This document shows positions 53,123 to 61,848 of a DNA stretch of 64,000 nucleotides, in pieces. The stretch lies in the sequence record MN018232.1; one strand, written 5' to 3'. Positions within the stretch are counted from its first letter, which is position 1. Every line of letters starts with the position of its first letter. The translations under genes were made by a program, and so were the position numbers. Under the pieces are notes generated by a model. It worked only from the letters and a program-made list of their open reading frames with translations, had not been told where the DNA came from and did no database searches.

Positions 53123-53459
53123 CGTAATTAAAACATGTCCTGCAAACACTTCAACAAATATTTTTAGGATGGACAACTCAAACGGTGCTCGTTGTTTTAC
53201 CGTTTATCTAACTTGTTCTGAAAGTTCTTATTCAGTATCAAAGATATATCACGTTGCATGTCAATATGGTAGTAATCCAACTCTTAATCTAACTGCAGAT
53301 ACGGGTCAATATAGTCCTAACCACAACTTCTCTATGACTGGGAGTGTGTCTGGTTCTTTACATACTTTTGCAATTTCTCAAGGAAACACTGCATCAACAA
53401 TTTATGCAACTATTGTTCTTGGAGAAATGAATTATCCATTAGGATTTGAAAGACTCTAA
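53115..53459 (+). CDS. C-terminal fragment of a probable fibre-like gene
   Basis: Beta-rich S/T/G/N composition; late promoter follows at 53469. Confidence 0.45.
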   Translation, partial: LYTVIKTCPANTSTNIFRMDNSNGARCFTVYLTCSESSYSVSKIYHVACQYGSNPTLNLTADTGQYSPNHNFSMTGSVSGSLHTFAISQGNTASTIYATIVLGEMNYPLGFERL

Positions 53460-53497
53460 AGGTAACTGATAAATACACATAAACCACTTATAGGATG

Positions 53498-53656
53498 ATG
53501 GCATCTTTTATAAAGAAAGTGATCTGTGACAAAGAGGTATATTACAAAGGTAGAGAACAGTGGACTGATAAGTTTTCAGAAAGAAAACAATTCACCACTG
53601 AAGCTGATGCCAGAGAAGAATATATCAGGTATGCAGGTCTTGTAGTAAACGAATAA
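53498..53656 (+). CDS. Small conserved late protein upstream of gp3 (52 aa, not in ORF track)
   Basis: MASFIKKVICDKEVYYKGREQWTDKFSERKQF; ATAAATA 53469-53475. Confidence 0.65.
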   Translation: MASFIKKVICDKEVYYKGREQWTDKFSERKQFTTEADAREEYIRYAGLVVNE

Positions 53657-53657
53657 A

Positions 53658-54206
53658 ATGACACAACCTCTTACAAACCAGATATCTGATAGAAACTTTC
53701 TACAGGCTACTGGGTTTAGTTTCACTGTCAACAGGGCACCTAAACTTGGGTTCTTTGGTAATGCAATCAATGTACCTGGTCTTGTCATGGGAACTTTGGT
53801 ACAACCAAGTTATACAAGACAAATTCCAAGACCTGGTGATATCTTAGAATTCAATGACTTAAGAATTCGTTTCTTGATTGACGCAGGTCTTGAGAATTAT
53901 ATGGAGATACAAACCTGGTTAAGAGGTATTGGTTTCCCTGAAAGTCTTGATGAGATTTATGCATTCCAAAAGACTGGTCCCGTCAAACAGACACCCAACA
54001 GCGAGATTAACTTGTTCTCTGATGGAACCCTCACTATCCTGAACGGTATCAATAGACCAGTATTTGCGGTCAAGTTTAAGGACTTATTTCCTACCACATT
54101 GTCAGACATTCAGTTTGACGCAACAGGAACTGATGTAGAATACTTGACAGCTGATGTCACCTTCAAGTATTCTAACTATACTATAGAAGCATTTGAGTGT
54201 TGCTAA
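53658..54206 (+). CDS. gp3: Tail completion / sheath stabiliser gp3
   Basis: RNFL...F.F...P....F....N.PG...PGD.L.F..L...FL.D..LENY.EI..W. Confidence 0.85.
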   Translation: MTQPLTNQISDRNFLQATGFSFTVNRAPKLGFFGNAINVPGLVMGTLVQPSYTRQIPRPGDILEFNDLRIRFLIDAGLENYMEIQTWLRGIGFPESLDEIYAFQKTGPVKQTPNSEINLFSDGTLTILNGINRPVFAVKFKDLFPTTLSDIQFDATGTDVEYLTADVTFKYSNYTIEAFECC

Positions 54207-54641
54207 ATGATTGACCTACCTACACTTCAACAGATGTGGGAAAAGGATTCTAAAATTGACATTGACAACTTACATACCGAGTCTCTGAACATTCCAGTTC
54301 TGCACTCAAAATATTATGACATTTATAATAACCTCATGTTGTTGAGGAAGAAAGCAGAACAACAAAAAAAGAATGTAAGGCACGAAAGATATGAGTACTA
54401 TTCGGGTAAAGCAGACCCTGATGTTTATGTCAAAGATCCGTTTCCCAAAAAGATCCGAGATAAAGACACTATGCAAAAATATTTGGACGCTGATGAGAGA
54501 CTCTCAGGAATTTCGTTGAAGTGTGAGTATTACGAAGTGATGTTGAGATATATAGAAGAGATTCTAAAAATGCTGCACCAAAGAAACTATCAAATCAAAA
54601 ACAGTATTGAGTTCATGAGATTTAGTTCAGGGTTAGGTTAA
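54207..54641 (+). CDS. uvsY: Recombination mediator UvsY
   Basis: MWEKDSKID...LH.ESL.IP.LHSKY...YYSGKA...RNYQIKNSIEF. Confidence 0.88.
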   Translation: MIDLPTLQQMWEKDSKIDIDNLHTESLNIPVLHSKYYDIYNNLMLLRKKAEQQKKNVRHERYEYYSGKADPDVYVKDPFPKKIRDKDTMQKYLDADERLSGISLKCEYYEVMLRYIEEILKMLHQRNYQIKNSIEFMRFSSGLG

Positions 54642-54826
54642 TGGAAGAAGAAAGACCTTATGTAGAATTAGATTTAGATATTGAAGATGTCTATCTTATC
54701 TACAACTCTGTGAAGTTTCATTATGAGAAATGGCCTGGTGGTCATCCTGATGAACAAGCAAGATTAAATTTTATGAAAGACTTTCTATATCGGATTGTTT
54801 TACAATATAAGTTTGAAAATATGTAA
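54641..54826 (+). CDS. Hypothetical protein
   Basis: KWPGGHPDEQ motif; between uvsY and uvsW. Confidence 0.65.
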   Translation: MEEERPYVELDLDIEDVYLIYNSVKFHYEKWPGGHPDEQARLNFMKDFLYRIVLQYKFENM

Positions 54827-54855
54827 TAAATACTTGTAGGTGAGAACCTACATGT

Positions 54856-56322
54856 ATGGCTGATTTGACTATAGAAAAGGTAAACGAAGTTTACCTAAAG
54901 ATTACGACAGAACCACACATCGAGTATGAACTGAGAGATAGGTTCACCTTTGAGGTTCCAAATAAAAAATTCATGCCACAGTATCGGAGTAAGTACTGGG
55001 ATGGATTTGTTCATCTATTCAACATGAAGACCAAGAGAATCTATGTGGGTCTTCTTGATAAGATTATTGCATTCTGTGAGAGTGCAGGATATACGTATAA
55101 GTTTTTAAATAATAAATTCTACGGTCCACCATTTGAAGTGAATGACTTTGTAAGTCAAGGTGGTACTAAAGATTATATGGAAAGTATATCACCTGGTATC
55201 AGTCCCCGTGACTATCAGGTAGAAGGTGTATACGAAGCATTAAGGTATAACAGAAAACTACTCATCTCTCCTACGGGTTCTGGCAAATCTTTTATGATTT
55301 ACTCTGTAGTGAGATATCACGTTGCACGTGGTAATAAGATTCTACTGGTTGTTCCTACCACATCTCTTGTAGAACAGATGTTCAAGGACTTCCAACAATA
55401 TGGTTGGGATGCAGAGAATCATTGTCACAGAATTTATGCTGGACGTGAGAGAGTCAATACAAATGAGGTAACCATTACCACTTGGCAATCTGTCTATCAG
55501 TTGGATCGTAAGTTCTTTGAGGAGTATGATGTAGTCATTGGTGACGAGGCCCACCTTTTTAAGAGTAAGTCTCTTATTGGCATTATGGACAAGTTACATC
55601 ATGCTAAGTATAGATACGGGTTTACGGGGACACTAGACGGCTCTCAGACCCATAAATGGGTGTTAGAGGGACTCTTTGGTCCATCATATAAAGTCACTCA
55701 AACAAAGAAACTACAAGAGGAAGGACACCTTGCTGAACTTGATATTCAGTGTCTTGTTCTGAAGTATAGACCTAAGAAGTTTGATACCTATGAAGATGAG
55801 ATTCAATATCTGATATCACATGAGAAGAGGAATAATTTTATTACAAATCTAGTCAAAGATTTAGATGGCAATAGTCTGGTGTTGTATTCCAGAGTGGAGG
55901 CTCATGGTGCCATCTTATTTGACTTAATAAATAAAAAGGTAAGTGAAGACCGTAAAGTATTTTTTATTCATGGTGGTGTAGATGCCGAGGATAGAGAACA
56001 AGTAAGGGAGATTACTGAAAAAGAAAAAGACGCTATCATCGTCGCATCTTACGGAACATTCAGTACTGGTATTAATATTAAGAACCTTCATAACGTAATA
56101 TTTGCCTCTCCATCAAAATCTAGAGTAAGAAACTTACAAAGTATTGGTAGAGTCCTACGTAAAGGCAAAGATAAGGTTAGTGCAAAACTTTATGATATTG
56201 CAGATGACTTTACTATTGGATCAAGAAAGAATTACACATTGAATCACTTTATTGAGCGTGTAAAAATTTATGTTTCAGAACAGTTCAATTACGACATTTA
56301 TACTATTGACATAAAAGACTAG
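54856..56322 (+). CDS. uvsW: DNA helicase UvsW
   Basis: PRDYQ, SPTGSGKS, GDEAH, GFTGTL, QSIGRVLR. Confidence 0.95.
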   Translation: MADLTIEKVNEVYLKITTEPHIEYELRDRFTFEVPNKKFMPQYRSKYWDGFVHLFNMKTKRIYVGLLDKIIAFCESAGYTYKFLNNKFYGPPFEVNDFVSQGGTKDYMESISPGISPRDYQVEGVYEALRYNRKLLISPTGSGKSFMIYSVVRYHVARGNKILLVVPTTSLVEQMFKDFQQYGWDAENHCHRIYAGRERVNTNEVTITTWQSVYQLDRKFFEEYDVVIGDEAHLFKSKSLIGIMDKLHHAKYRYGFTGTLDGSQTHKWVLEGLFGPSYKVTQTKKLQEEGHLAELDIQCLVLKYRPKKFDTYEDEIQYLISHEKRNNFITNLVKDLDGNSLVLYSRVEAHGAILFDLINKKVSEDRKVFFIHGGVDAEDREQVREITEKEKDAIIVASYGTFSTGINIKNLHNVIFASPSKSRVRNLQSIGRVLRKGKDKVSAKLYDIADDFTIGSRKNYTLNHFIERVKIYVSEQFNYDIYTIDIKD

Positions 56323-56336
56323 AAAAAGGAGATTGT

Positions 56337-56723
56337 ATGATAGAGGATGATTTTTACGCAACAATCAAACTCAAATGTGGTGATGAAATCTTTTGTAAGG
56401 TAGCAGCATCTGATGAAGATGATAGAACTATGCTTCTCATCTCTCATCCTATTTGTGTTCAACCAATTAAAACAAGAGGTTCAATTACTGGTTACAAGTT
56501 TGAACCATGGTTAAAGACTTCGCATGAAGATCTATTTGTAATTAATCTAGAAGATGTTCTCACAATGTCTGAATCAGAGAACATTGAAATGATTATGAAC
56601 TATCAAGACTACATTAGAAAAACAAACCAAGGTAACTTTGCTAAGTTAGATAGAAGAATGGGTTACTTAGGAAATGTAAGAGATACGAAAGAAGTCTTGG
56701 AGAAGCTTTATAAGTCCTCTTAG
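56337..56723 (+). CDS. Conserved cyanophage protein between uvsW and gp55
   Basis: FYATIKLKCGDEIF.KV...FEPW.K. Confidence 0.7.
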   Translation: MIEDDFYATIKLKCGDEIFCKVAASDEDDRTMLLISHPICVQPIKTRGSITGYKFEPWLKTSHEDLFVINLEDVLTMSESENIEMIMNYQDYIRKTNQGNFAKLDRRMGYLGNVRDTKEVLEKLYKSS

Positions 56724-56782
56724 TAGTACCTATAACTTATCTATCATCCTGGACAAGCCTAGTCTATATGGCTTTTGATACC

Positions 56783-56811
56783 TTGTCAACACTTGATATC
56801 TCTGATATAAT
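56783..56811 (+). promoter_or_regulatory. Sigma70-type promoter TTGTCA-N17-TATAAT for gp55
   Basis: Lies inside the ORF-track N-terminal extension, supporting a start at 56834. Confidence 0.65.
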
Positions 56812-56833
56812 AAAGACAACAAAAAGAACCATT

Positions 56834-57313
56834 ATGCCTAAACCCAGAAATGCAGAACACTATGTAAATAACAAGGAGTTTCTGAACGCACTTGAGAACT
56901 ACTTTGCACGAGTGGAGAAAGCAAAACTCAATGATCAACCCAAACCAGAAATTCCTCGTTACATTGGTGAGTGCTTTCTGAAGATTGCAAATCACTTGTC
57001 ATACAAACCAAACTTTGTCAATTACATGTTCAAAGATGACATGATTTGTGATGGTATTGAGAACTGTGTGAGATATATTCATAACTTTAATCCTGAGAAG
57101 TCAAAGAACCCCTTTGCATACTTTACTCAGATCATCTACTATGCATTCCTGAGAAGGATCTCTCAAGAGAAGAAACAGTTAGAGATCAAGAACAAGATCC
57201 TAGAAAGAACTGACTTCGATGAAGTCTTTGATGCCAACGACCTTGACATTGGTAACTACTCTGATTATAATTCGATTAAAGATGCAGTGCATCAGAAACT
57301 GAGAAATTCATGA
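56834..57313 (+). CDS. gp55: Late transcription sigma factor gp55
   Basis: HYVNNKEFL...YIGECFLKIANHLSYKPNFVNY...NPFAYFTQI. Confidence 0.93.
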   Translation: MPKPRNAEHYVNNKEFLNALENYFARVEKAKLNDQPKPEIPRYIGECFLKIANHLSYKPNFVNYMFKDDMICDGIENCVRYIHNFNPEKSKNPFAYFTQIIYYAFLRRISQEKKQLEIKNKILERTDFDEVFDANDLDIGNYSDYNSIKDAVHQKLRNS

Positions 57314-57627
57314 TTGGAAAACTGGATCCAGAAGAACGCGTTATGTACAACCCTTTGAGAGTGAAAGCTCAAATACTGGAAGCAATCAATACCCTTGGTT
57401 GGGATGAACTTGACGAGATTAGTGTAGAGATTGGTGGAACAGCTGTCTCTGGTATTGATGTTGGTGAAGAGTACAATAAAAAGTGGCAATCACCTATTGG
57501 TACTCGTAAGTACAACAAAGATGCATTCATTGTCATCAAGAACCAAGGTCGTAGAGATCTGACTAAATCCCAACCCATGGAAGAGTTTAACCCTAGACAT
57601 CCACATGAAAGTAGCAATAATAACTGA
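57310..57627 (+). CDS. Conserved cyanophage hypothetical protein
   Basis: KWQSPIGTRKYNKDAFIVIKN; between gp55 and gp47. Confidence 0.7.
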   Translation: MIGKLDPEERVMYNPLRVKAQILEAINTLGWDELDEISVEIGGTAVSGIDVGEEYNKKWQSPIGTRKYNKDAFIVIKNQGRRDLTKSQPMEEFNPRHPHESSNNN

Positions 57628-58192
57628 TACTCACTACGGTGCTCGTAAAGGTTCTAAACTCTTTCACGATTACTTTGAAAAGTTCTACAACGATGTCTTC
57701 TTTCCAACCATAGACAAAGAAGGTATTGATACTGTCATTCATATGGGTGATGCGTTTGATAGCCGAAAGGGTATTGAATTCAAATCACTGAAGTGGGCAA
57801 AGAGAGTTGTGTTCAATCCTCTCAAGGAACGTGGTATCAAGATGCATCTGATGGTTGGTAATCATGATGCATACTACAAGAACACAAATGAAATCAATGC
57901 TGTTGATCTTCTACTGAAAGAATATGATAATGTTGAGGTTTATTCTTCTCCTACAGAAGTATCTGTGGGTGATCTACCCATTCTATTCCTTCCTTGGATC
58001 AACGAACAAAACGAAAAGGAAACCAACAACATTATCAAGAAGACAAAGTGTCCAGTCGCAATGGGACACCTCGAACTTAACGGGTTTGTCGCAACCCCTG
58101 GCCACATCATGGAGCACGGTCACGACGCAAGAGCCTTTAATAAGTTCAGGAAAGTCTTTTCGGGACATTATCACTCTCGATCCGACAATGGG
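57605..58192 (+). CDS. gp47: Recombination nuclease gp47 (Mre11/SbcD-like), cut at J9
   Basis: ITDTHYG, GDAFD, GNHD, GHLE, SGHYH. Confidence 0.9.
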
Positions 58193-58200
58193 ACCCAAGC
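58186..58200. other. Breakpoint J9 (contig join)
   Basis: gp47 stops about two-thirds of the way through and the strand switches. Confidence 0.85.
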
Positions 58201-58230
58201 ATGAGTAGAAAATAAGGGTGTAATTATTTA

Positions 58231-58359
58231 TTATACACCCTCATATACTGGTTGCATTAAACCACTATCGGGACCATTATCATCATCGTCTACATCATCT
58301 GTAAACAACACAGAATAGAAGATGAAGGTCCCTAACAGGATGGAACCTATTAATAACAT
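58231..58359 (-). CDS. Small membrane peptide with acidic tail (42 aa)
   Basis: MLLIGSILLGTFIFYSVLFTDDVDDDDNGPDSGLMQPV. Confidence 0.6.
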   Translation of the reverse strand: MLLIGSILLGTFIFYSVLFTDDVDDDDNGPDSGLMQPVYEGV

Positions 58360-58364
58360 ATCGT

Positions 58365-58472
58365 TCACCAGATGCCAGGAATGATTTGACCTGTGGTTGC
58401 GTATGCACCCATGGCTGCCATGACACCAATCATTGCTGCCCAACCATTAATACGTTCTGCTCTTTCGTTCAT
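58365..58472 (-). CDS. hli: High-light-inducible protein (35 aa, not in ORF track)
   Basis: MNERAERINGWAAMIGVMAAMGAYATTGQIIPGIW (AExxNGxxAMxG). Confidence 0.9.
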   Translation of the reverse strand: MNERAERINGWAAMIGVMAAMGAYATTGQIIPGIW

Positions 58473-58618
58473 TGTTTTTCCTCTTGTGTCTTGTTTGTAA
58501 TGATGATCTTTTGACCATCGTGGGTAAATTGTAACTCATCATCTGGATCCCACAGTAACTCTTCATACAAATCATCGAGTTTCTGCATATCAATGTAGAG
58601 TTGATCTGGATTAGGCAT
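58469..58618 (-). CDS. Small acidic hypothetical protein (49 aa, not in ORF track)
   Basis: MPNPDQLYIDMQKLDDLYEELLWDPDDELQFTHDG. Confidence 0.6.
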   Translation of the reverse strand: MPNPDQLYIDMQKLDDLYEELLWDPDDELQFTHDGQKIIITNKTQEEKQ

Positions 58619-58900
58619 ACTTATCAAACATTTTACGAATATTTTGAGTAATACCCATACCCCCAGTAAACTCTTCTAGTTTGTTTCCTTCCCCATCAAC
58701 AATGACAAGAACAGGAGTTGCAGTCACACCATACTGCTTTGCAAGATCAAGATTCTCTTGTGGGATAGGTACATCACTTACGTCTTCAAGGTCAACCTTT
58801 TCAAGAAGACTGGTACGTTCATCTTTAATGGAACGCATGTATTTGTCCACTAACATACATGGACCACACGAATCTTTTGAAAAGAGATAGAACTTGTTTG
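58611..58900 (-). CDS. Thioredoxin/glutaredoxin-like protein (start uncertain)
   Basis: FSKDSCGPC, YGVTATPVLV. Confidence 0.8.
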
Positions 58901-59194
58901 TCACAAATTTTCCTCCTGCTCTGAGAGAATTACACAATCACTAGTCGGATATGCGACACAGGTCAGAATGTATCCCTCTTCAATTTGGTCATCATCCAGG
59001 AAGGATTGTTCTTCGTTGTCCACAGTTCCACTGATGATCTTACCAGCACATGCAGAACATGCACCAGCCTTACATGAGTAAGGAAGGTCTACACCTGCCT
59101 CTTCACCAGCCTCTAAAATGTACTGATCATCAGCACACTCAAACTTTGACTCGGTTCCATCAGGGGATTGGATAGTGATGCTGTAAATTGCCAT
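58901..59194 (-). CDS. petF: Plant-type [2Fe-2S] ferredoxin
   Basis: [13 protein letters not shown]...QSFLDDDQ...LTCVAYP. Confidence 0.95.
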   Translation of the reverse strand: MAIYSITIQSPDGTESKFECADDQYILEAGEEAGVDLPYSCKAGACSACAGKIISGTVDNEEQSFLDDDQIEEGYILTCVAYPTSDCVILSEQEENL

Positions 59195-59280
59195 TAGTAA
59201 GTCTCAGATAGTTTTTCTACAGAATACGCCAACAATACAAAGAAGGCGATACTCGTTAGTGTAAAGAGTGTTGAAGTCAT
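59194..59280 (-). CDS. 28-aa single-helix membrane peptide (not in ORF track)
   Basis: [28 protein letters not shown]; TAATG coupling to petF. Confidence 0.55.
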   Translation of the reverse strand: MTSTLFTLTSIAFFVLLAYSVEKLSETY

Positions 59281-59282
59281 TG

Positions 59283-59492
59283 TCAACCTTTAAGTGTGAG
59301 ATAAAACTTGGTTTCATCACCTGGAGTATTCTCGTAGATGGATGAGTCACCATATGTTTTGTGGTCTTTGTATCCTACCATACGACCTTTAGTGTTCTGA
59401 AGTGCAGGCATAAAGGCGATGAGAAAGAATACGGCAGGTGCTCCGATGATAAGAGCACCAGAAATCACATAATAAGTAATAAGTTCAGCCAT
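59283..59492 (-). CDS. Small membrane protein
   Basis: One hydrophobic helix, then PALQNTKGRMVGY. Confidence 0.6.
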   Translation of the reverse strand: MAELITYYVISGALIIGAPAVFFLIAFMPALQNTKGRMVGYKDHKTYGDSSIYENTPGDETKFYLTLKG

Positions 59493-59710
59493 CAGAATCC
59501 AAATGCTCCGAAGAAGAACACACTACCAGTCGTTGCATAAGAAACAACTGCTGCAACAAAACCAAGCATTGCTACACGTCCATTCAACTTCTCTGCTTTC
59601 TCAGCATGAGTTTCGATACCATAACGGTCAAGGTCTTCCTTGGTCATGTACATTGCTGGTTCAGTAGCCCACATATTTTGTTGGCCACGATCATTAGTAG
59701 TAACAGTCAC
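59492..59710 (-). CDS. hli: High-light-inducible protein
   Basis: AEKLNGRVAMLGF. Confidence 0.92.
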   Translation of the reverse strand: MTVTTNDRGQQNMWATEPAMYMTKEDLDRYGIETHAEKAEKLNGRVAMLGFVAAVVSYATTGSVFFFGAFGF

Positions 59711-59738
59711 GGATCTCTCCTGTGTGAAGTATTGTTAC

Positions 59739-59768
59739 ATTATATATGTTTTCTTAATATTCTGTCAA
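59739..59768 (-). promoter_or_regulatory. Sigma70-type promoter TTGACA-N18-TATAAT for the hli-petF operon
   Basis: tgtcaa 59763-59768 and attata 59739-59744 on + strand. Confidence 0.7.
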
Positions 59769-59770
59769 GT

Positions 59771-59795
59771 AAAAAGGACAGTCTCTCGACTGTCC
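59771..59795 (-). terminator. Intrinsic terminator after pstS
   Basis: GGACAGTC-GAGA-GACTGTCC-TTTTT on the minus strand. Confidence 0.85.
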
Positions 59796-59809
59796 CTGTG
59801 TTCATATGA

Positions 59810-60778
59810 TCACTTAAGTGTTTCTACAACACCTAAAGCTCGTTGTCGAAGTTCCTCTGGGAGAGGGACATAACCAAGAGAATCTGAAAGAGCTTGTGAC
59901 TCTTCACTCAACATAAAACGAAGGGTGGTCTTCACTGCTTCATTATTATCTGCCTCAGGATACGCTAGGATCCAAGTAAGGGAGACAATAGGGTATGCAT
60001 TGGCACCCCTAGGATTAGGATCAGCACCACGAAGCTGATCGTCAAGGATGATCTGTGATAAACCAGCTGCAGATGTTTCAGCATTTGCTTTAACATAGTT
60101 ACCATCTCTGTTTTGAAGAGAAACTTGTTGGAACTTTCCACCGTTTACATAACCATAGTTAAGATAACCAATCGAACCATCAATTTGTCTGATCTGTGCA
60201 GCTACACCAGAGTTACCTTTACCACCAACACCAACAGGCCACTTAACTGACTTACCAGTTCCTACACGTTCTGCCCATTCAGCAGAGAATGCAGACAGAG
60301 AGTTTGTGAAACCTTTGGTAGTACCAGAACCATCAGAGCGATGGACAGTCACGATCTTCTTATCAGCACAACCAAACTCAGACCAGTTGGTGATATTACC
60401 AAGGAAGACATCAGCAAGTTGTGCTTGAGTCATCTTGGCATCACAACCAGAATTGTTGTAAGCAGGAACAATTGCACCACCAGTCATGGGGATATGCACC
60501 ATGGGCAGTTTTTGTTTCTTATCACTTACAGCACCATCAGAGGCACCGAAGTCAACAGTCTTAGCAGTGAACTGACGGACACCAGCACCACTACCAACTG
60601 CCTGGTAGTTCACTTTGTTACCAGTCTTTTCTTGAAAATTTTGTAACCACGCAGTGTACAGAGGTGCAGGGAAAGTAGCACCAGCACCATTTAACTTGAA
60701 TGTAGTTTCTTTAGAACCACATGCGACAAGAGTGCCACCAACGGCGATGGCACTCAGAACTTTGAGAAAGTTTTTCAT
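59810..60778 (-). CDS. pstS: Phosphate-binding protein PstS
   Basis: Lipobox LVAC, GAGATFP, YQAVGSGAG, DFGASD, RSDGSGTT, YPIVSLTW. Confidence 0.95.
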   Translation of the reverse strand: MKNFLKVLSAIAVGGTLVACGSKETTFKLNGAGATFPAPLYTAWLQNFQEKTGNKVNYQAVGSGAGVRQFTAKTVDFGASDGAVSDKKQKLPMVHIPMTGGAIVPAYNNSGCDAKMTQAQLADVFLGNITNWSEFGCADKKIVTVHRSDGSGTTKGFTNSLSAFSAEWAERVGTGKSVKWPVGVGGKGNSGVAAQIRQIDGSIGYLNYGYVNGGKFQQVSLQNRDGNYVKANAETSAAGLSQIILDDQLRGADPNPRGANAYPIVSLTWILAYPEADNNEAVKTTLRFMLSEESQALSDSLGYVPLPEELRQRALGVVETLK

Positions 60779-60781
60779 TTA

Positions 60782-61141
60782 TCAGAACCTGTACTTAGTG
60801 CCCAGTTCAACTTTCCAATCACGGGTGTTGTCTTCCATGAAAAGATTTTCCCACTTTCCATATGCAGACAGACTATCTGTCAACTTTACTTTACCACCAA
60901 CTTCCAGAACGGTAAAGGTCTCACTCTCCTTTCCATCAGGAGAAATGATACCAGCACCACCCTCGATGTAAGGAGTGAAGGAACCAAACTTTTTATCAAC
61001 ACCAATACGAGCAGAATTTACAGACTTCGAAAAGTCCTCGTCAGTCCCTTTAAACTCATGCTTAGTTTCTACATAAGGACCAGCGAATGCAGGTGTCGCT
61101 ATTGCTGAGAGTGCCAGAGCGGCAAGTGCAATTGATTTCAT
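60782..61141 (-). CDS. Small outer-membrane beta-barrel protein (119 aa)
   Basis: Signal peptide ending AFA, GPYV start, alternating beta strands, C-terminal KYRF. Confidence 0.7.
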   Translation of the reverse strand: MKSIALAALALSAIATPAFAGPYVETKHEFKGTDEDFSKSVNSARIGVDKKFGSFTPYIEGGAGIISPDGKESETFTVLEVGGKVKLTDSLSAYGKWENLFMEDNTRDWKVELGTKYRF

Positions 61142-61170
61142 TTTTTTATTAAGGTAAATTACTTTGTCCG

Positions 61171-61276
61171 AAGACTCTAGTATTATAACAGAGTCTTTGT
61201 GGTTTGTATTTAAGATCAAGTTAAATTGATTTGAGAACAAACCTTGGTATATATACTGGCTTAATTTAAAATTAAC
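61171..61276 (-). promoter_or_regulatory. Promoter with TATAAT (61182-61187) and Pho-box-like TTAA repeats at 11-bp period
   Basis: TTTAACTT-N3-CTTAAATA (61225-61207) and GTTAATTT-N3-ATTAAGCC (61276-61258). Confidence 0.5.
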
Positions 61277-61279
61277 CAT

Positions 61280-61308
61280 AAAAAAACCCCCTCATAAAGA
61301 GGAGGTTT
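61280..61308 (-). terminator. Intrinsic terminator after the first barrel gene
   Basis: AAACCTCCTC-TTTAT-GAGGGGGTTT-TTTT on the minus strand. Confidence 0.75.
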
Positions 61309-61326
61309 GATTATCTGGTATTAGAA

Positions 61327-61701
61327 TCAGAAGCTGTACTTCAGACCCAGTTTACCACCAGCATTCAGGGCGTCAAAGTCGCCACCATCGGTAGTGGTTG
61401 CAGACAGTTCACCGTATGCACCCAACTTCGAAGACAGTGCAACAGAAGCACCAACCTTACCAGAGAACTCAGTCTCGGCTTCTTCACCGTCAAGGGAAAC
61501 GATGGAAGGACCGCCTTGGACATACCAAGCAGCATCTTCGCCCAGAGCACCTTCGTAGCCGACGTGCAGATCAGTTACTGCACCAGTGTAGTCATCACCG
61601 ACCCAACCAGCGTTGGTCTCAACGTTAACGTAAGGACCTGCAACAGCAGCGCCAGCGGACATAGACAGAGCAGCAGCAGCTGCGAATACAGATTTGAACA
61701 T
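61327..61701 (-). CDS. Small outer-membrane beta-barrel protein (124 aa), paralog of 60782..61141
   Basis: Signal peptide ending AVA, GPYV start, C-terminal KYSF. Confidence 0.7.
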   Translation of the reverse strand: MFKSVFAAAAALSMSAGAAVAGPYVNVETNAGWVGDDYTGAVTDLHVGYEGALGEDAAWYVQGGPSIVSLDGEEAETEFSGKVGASVALSSKLGAYGELSATTTDGGDFDALNAGGKLGLKYSF

Positions 61702-61814
61702 TAGTTTTACCTCGTTTTTACTTGTGGAATGGTTACCCACAGATGGAAAGGGAATCGACACTCCCTGTTTTATTACCAATTGTAACTTTAATTACTGAAA
61801 GACAAAAGGTGAAG

Positions 61815-61848
61815 TATTTATAGTAACAGACAACTGTAACTTTGTCAA
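61815..61848 (-). promoter_or_regulatory. Overlapping sigma70 promoter (TTGACA-N17-TACTAT) and perfect T4 late promoter TATAAATA
   Basis: tgtcaa 61843-61848, atagta 61820-61825, tatttata 61815-61822. Confidence 0.7.

Noticed and set aside
52467-53459. Peptidase fused to a fibre-like C-terminal domain
   Set aside because: The switch at about 53114 fits the decreasing-length series; probably a join, though this break is the least certain.
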